Virus record (IMG/VR): IMGVR_UViG_3300008110_000023
Location: 21,027 to 85,026 of that record
DNA: 64,000 bases
DNA from: a virus
Reading direction: 5' to 3' (one strand)
Positions 56,210-64,000 of this stretch are shown piece after piece (position 1 is the stretch's first letter; each line of letters opens with the position of its first letter). The notes beneath the pieces were generated by a model, which did not search any database, was not told where the DNA came from, and saw only the letters and a list, made by a program, of their open reading frames with translations. Both the position numbers and the translations under genes were made by a program.

Positions 56210-57463
56210 ATGCAAAAGAATAATAATATATTAAACTCAATTATAGCTGCAGCTGTTGCTAGAACTTCATCTGTACAAATTACAGAACCTACTGCAGCTA
56301 GTTATATTAAAGCTGGTGAAGTAGTTGCTACTGCATTAGATGGAACTGTACTTACTGCTACTACTGCTGCTTCTGCAACTGAACTAGTTTTAGTACAAGG
56401 TCAAGGTGCTGGTCTTCCTCTTATTAAATCAGCAGTTATTAAAAAAGCTAACGTAACTAAAGTTGCTTCTAAAGCTTATGCTGCTCCTCTTGAGCAAATT
56501 TCTTACTTTGGATACAATGGTTCTGCTGGAAACATTGACGCTATTAACTCTAATGAGTATGTATTGCGTGTAACTTTCCAAGAAGATACTAAAACTTTTG
56601 GAGATAAAATGAATACAATCATTGCTGATTATATCTCTGATTCTTCTACAACTGCTTCTGAAGTTGCTCTTGGTTTAGCTTCTAACATTAACAAATCTGC
56701 TTCTTTGTATGCTGATGTTCCTGTTAAAGCTGAAGTTATCACTGCTGGTGGTACTCCAACTACTTCTGCACAAGCTGTGTCTGTAGTTAATGGTTCTAAA
56801 ACTATTACTTATGCTGCTGCTCCAACTGGTGTTGCTATTGGTTCTTTAGTTTATTTAGCTGGTGCTACTTATTTAGTTACTAATTTAGTTGGCGCTGTTG
56901 CTACTTTAAATATGCCATTCCAAGGTGCTACTAACGCTGCTCTTGCTGCTGGTACTACTTATGCTTCTCAAAATGGTTACTTAGCTGCTACTCCTTCTAA
57001 CGTAGGTATTAAAATTACTGGTTTAGTAAGAAGATTTAGAGCTGGTGTTTGGGTTTATACTAAAGTAAGATTTGTATTAACTGCTAAAAATGCAGGTTCT
57101 ACTAACTTAACTAATGCTCAAGCTGCTTACAAAGGTATTGGAGATGGTAAAGAAGTTCAAGAAATTGAATGGGAAACTGTAGGAAATGAGGGTGCATTCT
57201 TGCGTACTCCTGCTCCAGGTTCTCCAGTTCCAGTATTAAGATTGAACTCTAAAGAGGCTTCAACTTATGGAATTTACAATATCCAATTCTTTGACCAAAA
57301 TGGTACAGGTGTAGTTGCTGCTCCAGTTCCTTCTTACAAACAATTAATCATTGCTGCTGAGAATGTTACTGCAGGTTCTGGTACTTATGCTGGTACTATT
57401 TCTGATGCAACTAATGGTCTTAGTGCAGTATTAAATGCTTTCTTAGGAACTGCTATTGCATAA
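56210..57463 (+). CDS. Abundant structural protein (auxiliary capsid-like)
   Basis: Ala/Thr/Gly-rich with strongly biased codons; followed by a terminator. Confidence 0.6.
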   Translation: MQKNNNILNSIIAAAVARTSSVQITEPTAASYIKAGEVVATALDGTVLTATTAASATELVLVQGQGAGLPLIKSAVIKKANVTKVASKAYAAPLEQISYFGYNGSAGNIDAINSNEYVLRVTFQEDTKTFGDKMNTIIADYISDSSTTASEVALGLASNINKSASLYADVPVKAEVITAGGTPTTSAQAVSVVNGSKTITYAAAPTGVAIGSLVYLAGATYLVTNLVGAVATLNMPFQGATNAALAAGTTYASQNGYLAATPSNVGIKITGLVRRFRAGVWVYTKVRFVLTAKNAGSTNLTNAQAAYKGIGDGKEVQEIEWETVGNEGAFLRTPAPGSPVPVLRLNSKEASTYGIYNIQFFDQNGTGVVAAPVPSYKQLIIAAENVTAGSGTYAGTISDATNGLSAVLNAFLGTAIA

Positions 57464-57482
57464 TTACTATTGATAATTACAG

Positions 57483-57515
57483 AAAGGCAGTAGTTAATTC
57501 TGCTGCCTTTTTTTT
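57483..57515 (+). terminator. Intrinsic terminator
   Basis: AAAGGCAGTAG-TTAATT-CTGCTGCCTTT followed by a T-run. Confidence 0.85.
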
Positions 57516-57542
57516 AATAATTTTAAAAATTAATTATCAATT

Positions 57543-58115
57543 ATGGCATTACAACCTAACTTTACCCTTTGCTTAGACAAAGGTTGTTCTACGTTTACTT
57601 TTACGGATACAACGGGAACTTATGATGAAATTCTTAATCCAGGAGGCTATGGTGCTCCTAATGGAACTGTTGAAAATATAGTTAGTGCTTCTATATTATT
57701 TGAGTTTAATGGATTATCTATACAAAAAACATTTACTCTTAGTGACCCTCCAGTAATAGAAGACTTAACAGGTATTGAATTTACTGCAGAAGATTTAGGT
57801 ACTGAAATAGTAGATGGTATTTATACTTTAACTTATACAGTTGCATACTCAGGTTCTTTCTATACTAAAAAACAACAAATGTTTTTTGCATGTAATGCAG
57901 AATGTTGTGTATATAAAATGTCTACTAAAGTTACTTTAGAAGATTGTTCTTGTGAAAATCCCGCTTTAAATAACTTCTTAAATGCATATACTTATTTACA
58001 AGTATTAAAAAATGCAGCTAGAGCAGGTCAAAATACTAAATTTACTAATACATTAACTTTACTAAACAAACTATGTACAGCCTCTGGTTGTGGATGTGGT
58101 TGTGGTGGATGTTAA
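57543..58115 (+). CDS. Structural (tail/ring-type) protein with Cys-rich C-terminus
   Basis: F.DTTG.Y.....GGYG.PN, DGIY; ends CTASGCGCGCGGC. Confidence 0.6.
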   Translation: MALQPNFTLCLDKGCSTFTFTDTTGTYDEILNPGGYGAPNGTVENIVSASILFEFNGLSIQKTFTLSDPPVIEDLTGIEFTAEDLGTEIVDGIYTLTYTVAYSGSFYTKKQQMFFACNAECCVYKMSTKVTLEDCSCENPALNNFLNAYTYLQVLKNAARAGQNTKFTNTLTLLNKLCTASGCGCGCGGC

Positions 58116-58134
58116 TTAACAATATATAAAATAT

Positions 58135-58650
58135 ATGAGTTGTAATTGTGATGAAAATCCATTAATACTTCCTATTGGTCCTCAAGGTGAACAAGGCCCT
58201 GTTGGACCTACTGGACCTGCTGGCCCCATAGGACCACAAGGAATACAAGGACCTGCAGGAATAGTTGGAGGAACTTTAGAATACAGTTATAATTATGGAA
58301 ATATAGTAGGAAATGGAGAAGGAGATGCAAGTAATATAAATGTTGCTTATTTTAGATTTCCAGGTACAGTTAGTTTTGGTACTCCTTCTTCTGTAAAAGT
58401 AGTAGTATCTGGGGAAATGATCCCTCCAGATGATGTAAATATCATTGTAAGAGATGTTACTAATAATGTGATAGTAGCAGCTACATACGGTATTGTACCT
58501 TCATTTGCTCCTAGTGTAGTAAATGTTCCTATTATATCAGGTACTTTTTCTACCTCAGAAGTAGTATTTAGATTAGAATATTCTATTTCTAGTGGAAATC
58601 CTTACTTACCAAGTATTGCATACATTCACTCTTTAGATATAACAATATAA
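58135..58650 (+). CDS. Collagen-like repeat fibre protein
   Basis: About nine Gly-X-Y triplets GPQGEQGPVGPTGPAGPIGPQGIQGPAG. Confidence 0.75.
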   Translation: MSCNCDENPLILPIGPQGEQGPVGPTGPAGPIGPQGIQGPAGIVGGTLEYSYNYGNIVGNGEGDASNINVAYFRFPGTVSFGTPSSVKVVVSGEMIPPDDVNIIVRDVTNNVIVAATYGIVPSFAPSVVNVPIISGTFSTSEVVFRLEYSISSGNPYLPSIAYIHSLDITI

Positions 58651-58662
58651 TAAAAAATAATT

Positions 58663-59253
58663 ATGAGTTGTAGTTGTGATAATAATCCATTGATATTACC
58701 AGTAGGTGCTACTGGACCACAAGGCCCTAAAGGAGATCCAGGTTTTGGATTTGAACATTATATAGGAGAAGAATTTGGTGGTGGAGTAGTATTTCATGTA
58801 TATAGAGACAGTGATGGTACTGAACATGGTTTAATAATTAGTATAGAAGATCAATCAATTTCTAAAGTACAATATAGTAATATAGTAAGTACTTCTATAG
58901 GAATTTCTGCATTAGAAAGTAAATGGAATGGGACAGAAAATACTAACTTAATGAAAACTCAAAGTGGGGCTATTGACGGAGCCTGGAAGCTTTGTGATGA
59001 CTACAGTAATGACGGCTTTTCAGATTGGTATTTGCCAAGTGTAACTGAAATGGCTTTAATATATCAAAATAGATTTAATATATATAAAACATTTTCAAAT
59101 ATAACAGGCGCTGATTTTATTCAAGATGAATATTATTGGACAAGTACAGAAAGAAGTAGCACAAATGCAAATACTTTTGAATTTACTACAGGTTTTGCAG
59201 GTAATACATCAAAAGGAAGTACTTATTATGTAAGAGCAATACGTAAATTTTAA
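58663..59253 (+). CDS. Short collagen + DUF1566/Lcl-like (C-type lectin fold) protein
   Basis: GPQGPKGDPG; HYIGE.FGGG.VF, DWYLPS..E, YWTSTE, YVRAIRKF. Confidence 0.8.
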   Translation: MSCSCDNNPLILPVGATGPQGPKGDPGFGFEHYIGEEFGGGVVFHVYRDSDGTEHGLIISIEDQSISKVQYSNIVSTSIGISALESKWNGTENTNLMKTQSGAIDGAWKLCDDYSNDGFSDWYLPSVTEMALIYQNRFNIYKTFSNITGADFIQDEYYWTSTERSSTNANTFEFTTGFAGNTSKGSTYYVRAIRKF

Positions 59254-59256
59254 TAT

Positions 59257-59985
59257 ATGGCATCTACACAATTTGATCATACAGTAAGATTATACAGAAT
59301 AATTCAAAAAATAGTTGAATTAGGAGATGAATTATCTGCTAAAATACTTAAAGGTAATAAGTGTAAAGAAGAGCAAACTTCTCTTAACTTATTAGTTGCA
59401 TTTTTAGATGTATTAAAAGGACATGTTCCTGGTTCTTACAACTCTATTGCTTCTTTTAGATTATATAAATTAACTGAAGATTTACTTACTGTACCACAAA
59501 GTATAGAAATATATGCAGGAGATTTACTTGTAGTTAATATACCTGCATTACCTAGTAACAGTATTATTACAAATGTTCAGTATATTGCTGATCAAATTAA
59601 TCTTACTTCTACTGACTTTGTAGCAACTGCAGATGATGATAGGTTATTTATTAATTCAACAATACCTGGAGATACTTTAAATGGTCAGTTTTTAACTGTT
59701 ATTACAGATACAGATTATCTTAATACTTTAGATTCTTATGCATTCCAATTTGGACAAACTGCATTACCTGAAGGAGATAACTGTTTAACTCAAGAAGAAG
59801 TAGATGCTTTATTCTATTTAATAGAACAAAAGTATTGTATGGATTTTGGAGTTTATGGACAAGTAAATCCAGTAACAATTGAGAATCCAAGTTTAACCCC
59901 TACTCCACCAAGTAATTATTTAAAACAAGAAGACAACTTCTATATCTTATTAGAAGATGGATTTAAAATAAAACTAGAAGACTAA
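59257..59985 (+). CDS. Structural protein (tail region)
   Basis: ORF track; ends YL.QED.FYILLEDG.KI.LE. Confidence 0.6.
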   Translation: MASTQFDHTVRLYRIIQKIVELGDELSAKILKGNKCKEEQTSLNLLVAFLDVLKGHVPGSYNSIASFRLYKLTEDLLTVPQSIEIYAGDLLVVNIPALPSNSIITNVQYIADQINLTSTDFVATADDDRLFINSTIPGDTLNGQFLTVITDTDYLNTLDSYAFQFGQTALPEGDNCLTQEEVDALFYLIEQKYCMDFGVYGQVNPVTIENPSLTPTPPSNYLKQEDNFYILLEDGFKIKLED

Positions 59986-59986
59986 A

Positions 59987-60598
59987 ATGGCAAATAAAAA
60001 GATATCAGAATTAACAACTTTTACAACTGCTTTAGGTACAGACCAAATTCCAGTAAATAGATCTGGAATGAATGGTAAATTAGCTTTAAGTAGTTTAAGT
60101 AGTTTAAGTACTACTCATTATATTGGTGAGTTTTTTGGCGGAGGAGTTGTTTTTCATGTATACAAAGATAGTTTAGGAGTTGAACATGGACTAATTGTGA
60201 GTATTGTTAACTTAGCAAATGCACAATATAGTAATATAGTTAATCTTGTTTCTAGTGCAACTAGTACTTGGAATGGACAAGGAAATACTAATTTATTAAA
60301 AGCACAATCTGGGGCTACTTCAGGGGCTTGGAAACTTTGTGATGATTATAGCAATGGAGGTTTTACAGACTGGTATTTACCAAGTGTAGATGAGTGGAAT
60401 TTATTATGGAATAATAGATTTAATGTAAATAAAACTTTAACAAATATTGTAGGAGCTGCACAAATAGGATATGATACATATTGGAGTAGTTCTGAAGGAA
60501 ACATTGTCAGTGCCTATGTTTTCTATGCTAATCTTGGGTCTGCTAGCAGCCTTTCTAAGTCTACTGCTTACTCTGTACGTGCAATAAGACAATTTTAA
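59987..60598 (+). CDS. DUF1566/Lcl-like (C-type lectin fold) protein, paralogue of 58663
   Basis: KKISELT N-terminus; HYIGE.FGGG.VF, DWYLPS..E, YWSSSE, SVRAIRQF. Confidence 0.8.
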   Translation: MANKKISELTTFTTALGTDQIPVNRSGMNGKLALSSLSSLSTTHYIGEFFGGGVVFHVYKDSLGVEHGLIVSIVNLANAQYSNIVNLVSSATSTWNGQGNTNLLKAQSGATSGAWKLCDDYSNGGFTDWYLPSVDEWNLLWNNRFNVNKTLTNIVGAAQIGYDTYWSSSEGNIVSAYVFYANLGSASSLSKSTAYSVRAIRQF

Positions 60599-60612
60599 TA
60601 TATATATATAAA

Positions 60613-62580
60613 ATGGCAGATAAAAAAATATCCCAATTAACAAGTTTAGCACCCGCTTTAAACACAGATGAATTACCTATTAATAGAAGTAATGCATCTG
60701 GTAAATTAACTGTAGCTGATATATTAAGTCCTGAAGCTACTATTAGAGCTGCTAAAGACGGTGATTTAACTACACTTAATACTACTGATAAATCAAATTT
60801 AGTAAGTGCTATTAATGAAGTAAATACTGGATTAGCAAGTAAAGTCCCTTCTTCTTATTTAGATACAGATACTACTTTAGCTGCTAATTCTGATAGTAAA
60901 ATTGCTACACAAAAAGCTACTAAAGCTTATGTATTAGCTAATGTAACTCCTTCAGCTACGGAAACTGTACAAGGTAAAGCAGAGATAGCTACACAAGCAG
61001 AAACTAATACTGGTACAGATGATACTAGATTTGTTACTCCTTTAAAGTTAAAAACTAATTTAGATAGTAAAGGATATTTAACTGGAACTGGTACTGCTAA
61101 TGCTTTTCCTAGATATACTGCAGGAACTACTTTAGGAACTTCAGCTATTGCACAATCTGCAGCAGGTAATAGAATATTAGTTAATGGAGTTACTGATGAT
61201 CTTGGCACTGCACTACAAGTAAGTGGGTCTATAAGACAAACTGCAATAACTTCTGTTTTAGGAGCAGTAGATTCTAATGGTAAAATAGTAAGTGGAGGTT
61301 CTGGTACTAGTGGGCGTATACCTGTATTTTATGGTAGTACTTCTTTTTTAGCTAATTCTCTTATAAGAGATGATAGTTCTACTGTTTCTATAGGAGTAGC
61401 AACTGACGCTGGTTCTAAATTATATGTTCCAACTTCAGATACTACTACTAGCATTAGAAGTAGTAATTCTTCTCTTTTTCCTGCTACTACTTATAGTCTT
61501 GTTGGTAATACTTCAGGAACTAAAGCAGGATCAAATATAGGAGTTTATGGAATTGCATCAGGATCTACTATTAGCAATATTGCAATGTATGGTGACTCTT
61601 CTGGTGCTACATCTCCTCTTAATATAGGAGGTTGGTTTTCTGCAACAGGGGGTACTACTAATTATTCATTACAATTAACTGATGGTACTCAAGCTACAGG
61701 TAAGTTTTTAAAATCAATTACATCAGATGGTAAAGCTAACTGGGCAAATATTACTACTGCTGATATTACTTCTGGATTTGCTGGGGCCGCATTAAATAAT
61801 GTACCTAGGTATGGAACTCTTACTACTTTTTCACCTTCTACTATTTATGATAATGGAAGTAATACAGGTATAGGAAATGCTCCTTTATCAAATTCTAAGT
61901 TATTTGTAGCTACTAGTAGTGTTAATATTTACACTATAAATGCTAGTAATAGTACTGCCACTGGTATTACTTATGCATTAATTGGTAATACTTCAGGTGC
62001 AAAATCTTCTCAAAATGTAGGAGCAGCAGGTTATGCTTTAAATTCCACTACTGAGAATACAGGAGTACTTGGAAGTGCAGTAATTGCTACTACTGGTAAA
62101 AATGTTGGAGGATCTTTTTTAGCTGCTCTTGGAGCAACTAACTATGCAGTACAATTAAAAGATGGTACTGAGGCTGCTGGAAAAGTATTACAATGTATGG
62201 ATTCCAATGGTTATGCTAATTGGGGATTTGATTATAATGGTCAAACTATTTTAGTTAACACAACATTTACTAATGAGCCTATAAGTATTAATTTTAATTT
62301 AGGTAATTACGTAGTATTAGATTATTCTTCTACAATTGCTACAGCAACTAGTGTTAATGCAGTTTCTTTTAGTAATATGAAACAAGGTAGAATATATAAA
62401 ATAAAAGTTAAACAAGGGCCTAGTCCTGCTGGTGAAACTTATACTCCTACATTTGCTGGTATGAAATGGCCTGGAGGAACAGCTTTTACTCCAACAACTG
62501 GAACAGGTAAAATTGACTTTATTGAAGTATGGTATGATGGAATTGCTTACTATGGAGATTTCATTAAAAACTATGTATAA
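60613..62580 (+). CDS. Tail fibre / spike protein
   Basis: L.TTDKSNLVSAINE and ATET..G.AEIATQAE...GTDDTRFVTP.KL fibre motifs; Gly/Thr/Ser-rich internal repeats. Confidence 0.8.
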   Translation: MADKKISQLTSLAPALNTDELPINRSNASGKLTVADILSPEATIRAAKDGDLTTLNTTDKSNLVSAINEVNTGLASKVPSSYLDTDTTLAANSDSKIATQKATKAYVLANVTPSATETVQGKAEIATQAETNTGTDDTRFVTPLKLKTNLDSKGYLTGTGTANAFPRYTAGTTLGTSAIAQSAAGNRILVNGVTDDLGTALQVSGSIRQTAITSVLGAVDSNGKIVSGGSGTSGRIPVFYGSTSFLANSLIRDDSSTVSIGVATDAGSKLYVPTSDTTTSIRSSNSSLFPATTYSLVGNTSGTKAGSNIGVYGIASGSTISNIAMYGDSSGATSPLNIGGWFSATGGTTNYSLQLTDGTQATGKFLKSITSDGKANWANITTADITSGFAGAALNNVPRYGTLTTFSPSTIYDNGSNTGIGNAPLSNSKLFVATSSVNIYTINASNSTATGITYALIGNTSGAKSSQNVGAAGYALNSTTENTGVLGSAVIATTGKNVGGSFLAALGATNYAVQLKDGTEAAGKVLQCMDSNGYANWGFDYNGQTILVNTTFTNEPISINFNLGNYVVLDYSSTIATATSVNAVSFSNMKQGRIYKIKVKQGPSPAGETYTPTFAGMKWPGGTAFTPTTGTGKIDFIEVWYDGIAYYGDFIKNYV

Positions 62581-62643
62581 TACAATAGTTTACTTTATAA
62601 AAAATAAATAGTATCTTTACACAAAATTTAAAAAATATAAACA

Positions 62644-62973
62644 ATGGCAATATTTAATAATGATGATCTTTTAAGAGCACTTGCTAAGAACTTTAAGGCA
62701 TTTGCTTATGAAAAGATAACAATAAATTCTACTATAAAAACACTTACAATACCTAAAGAAGCTAAATACGCATTATTATCTTTTGAGTCTGATGCATCTG
62801 GTATTGCAGCTAGATTTTTAGAAACTAATTCTGTACCTGTTACTTCAGCAAATGGTATTGCTTTATCACATTTAGATAGAGTAGATTTAACAGACCAAGT
62901 TAACTTAGAAGGATTTCAAATAATTCAAGCACAATCAGGTATTCATACTTTACATGTACAATATTACTACTAA
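62644..62973 (+). CDS. Hypothetical structural protein
   Basis: ORF track; beta-rich. Confidence 0.6.
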   Translation: MAIFNNDDLLRALAKNFKAFAYEKITINSTIKTLTIPKEAKYALLSFESDASGIAARFLETNSVPVTSANGIALSHLDRVDLTDQVNLEGFQIIQAQSGIHTLHVQYYY

Positions 62974-62975
62974 TT

Positions 62976-63236
62976 ATGGCAATAATAGTTAGAAATAAAA
63001 AATTATTTACAGGTCTTGGAGGAGGTGGTGGTGCTACTTATATAAGAAGACATGATTATGTTGCAGGAACTCCTGCATATGATTATTGTGGTATTGCACC
63101 TCCTAGTACTTTAGAAACTACTGCTAAATGGACTGTAACTAAAATTACTATAGCAGCAGATGGGACAACTACTCAAGAAGTAGCTTATAATATAGCTTGG
63201 ACTGATAGAACAACTGCTACTTATACACCAATTTAA
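62976..63236 (+). CDS. Hypothetical structural protein
   Basis: Y.G.AP......W...KI......AW..R....Y pattern. Confidence 0.6.
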   Translation: MAIIVRNKKLFTGLGGGGGATYIRRHDYVAGTPAYDYCGIAPPSTLETTAKWTVTKITIAADGTTTQEVAYNIAWTDRTTATYTPI

Positions 63237-63257
63237 TAATACTTAAAACTTAATAAA

Positions 63258-63440
63258 ATGATAGATTATAAATATGCCTTTGTTTGTAATGAGATAACTA
63301 ATAATTTATATGCATTAGTAATGTCTTGTTGGTATACAGATGAAGAAGGTAATAGAGTAGATGTTAAGTCTGAAACAAAATTAAATTTAAACTTACAAGA
63401 ATGTTTTGATCTAGCTCAAGCATTTGTAATACCTGAATAA
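63258..63440 (+). CDS. Hypothetical protein
   Basis: ORF track. Confidence 0.55.
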   Translation: MIDYKYAFVCNEITNNLYALVMSCWYTDEEGNRVDVKSETKLNLNLQECFDLAQAFVIPE

Positions 63441-63442
63441 TT

Positions 63443-64000
63443 ATGGCAGTAAGATTTGCAGTTTCTTCAACAGCTTGGAATACTCCTTCTACTTGGGATA
63501 ACGGAGCAGTACCTGTTCCTGGAGATACAGTTTACCCAAATGGATTTACAGTTACTATTGATACAGATATTGATGTTGCATCATTAAATACTAATGTCAG
63601 TCCTGTTTATTTGCCTAATATGAATATTCCTGCTATGACAGGTAATACTCAACCCAGTGGAATAGTTGATTCAAGTGGTTATGCAATTAGTTATCCTCCA
63701 TATCAAGTATTTGACCAAAATTCAGGTACAAGTTATGGAAGTAATACTAATAATACCTGTTGGATTACTTATGAATATCCATCTGCAAGATTGATAAAAA
63801 GATATTATTTAAGGTCTATTGTCGTTGGTGGATATGGTCAGCCATCTGCTTGGATTTTTGAAGGTTGGAATGGTAGTTCATGGGATCCTTTAGAAATGAA
63901 AACAGGTATGGGAACATCTACTACAACAGGTTATTTAAGTCCTGTTTTAACTCATACAACTCTTTATTCTAAATATAGATTAAATGTTACAGCAGGTAGT
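63443..64000 (+). CDS. Partial virion protein with G8-like N-terminus and discoidin (F5/8C)-like domain; runs off the window
   Basis: Translated by hand: MAVRFAVSSTAWNTPSTWDNGAVP..GDTVY...AMTGNTQPSG...VFD...WITYEY...P.AW.FEGWNGSSW...YSKYRLNVT; no stop before 64000. Confidence 0.7.
   Translation, partial: MAVRFAVSSTAWNTPSTWDNGAVPVPGDTVYPNGFTVTIDTDIDVASLNTNVSPVYLPNMNIPAMTGNTQPSGIVDSSGYAISYPPYQVFDQNSGTSYGSNTNNTCWITYEYPSARLIKRYYLRSIVVGGYGQPSAWIFEGWNGSSWDPLEMKTGMGTSTTTGYLSPVLTHTTLYSKYRLNVTAGS

Noticed and set aside
60085-60110. 9-nt tandem repeat (LSSLSSLS)
   Set aside because: It is a short in-frame linker at a domain junction with no sign of phase variation.
58663-60598. The two DUF1566 genes as a DGR template/variable repeat pair
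   Set aside because: They differ at all base types and neither is AAY-rich, so neither is a template repeat.
1-64000. Stop-codon reassignment (TAG or TGA), known in some crAss-like phages
   Set aside because: All core genes are full length in the standard code, TAG and TGA serve as real stops, and no suppressor tRNA is seen.

Overview
This window is a 64-kb segment of a low-GC (~30%) crAss-like (Crassvirales-type) dsDNA phage genome. The host is probably a Bacteroidetes/Flavobacteriia bacterium, judged from TAnnTTTG promoters and A-rich, SD-less starts. It uses the standard genetic code. There are three blocks. (1) 1-16009 (+): a 5'-truncated giant virion RNA polymerase polyprotein (>4000 aa) fused to a zincin protease and a C-terminal RecD/Dda-like SF1 helicase, then a second large cargo-type protein. 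(2) 16060-43582 (-): the early/replication block, with dUTPase, ATP-dependent ligase, an ECF-like sigma factor, two exonucleases, a resolvase, a MoxR-like AAA plus metallopeptidase-VWA module, primase, DnaB, SF2 helicase, PolA, spore photoproduct lyase, many small ORFs and a degenerate tRNA. (3) 44091-64000 (+): the late/structural block, with ferritin, GroES-like, HU-like, terminase, portal, major capsid and tail/fibre proteins. The blocks converge at a bidirectional terminator near 16.04 kb and diverge near 43.6 kb. The divergent region is the most unusual part: several highly base-paired non-coding elements (including a ~260-nt RNA directly behind the first late promoter), a GC-rich gene island, and a family of look-alike terminators and leader motifs. 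Other notable observations are an AGCTATA box 58-59 nt upstream of three late promoters, domain-shuffled fibre genes, and a DUF1566-type gene end with a DGR-like codon signature. All calls come from reading motifs; no searches were run.
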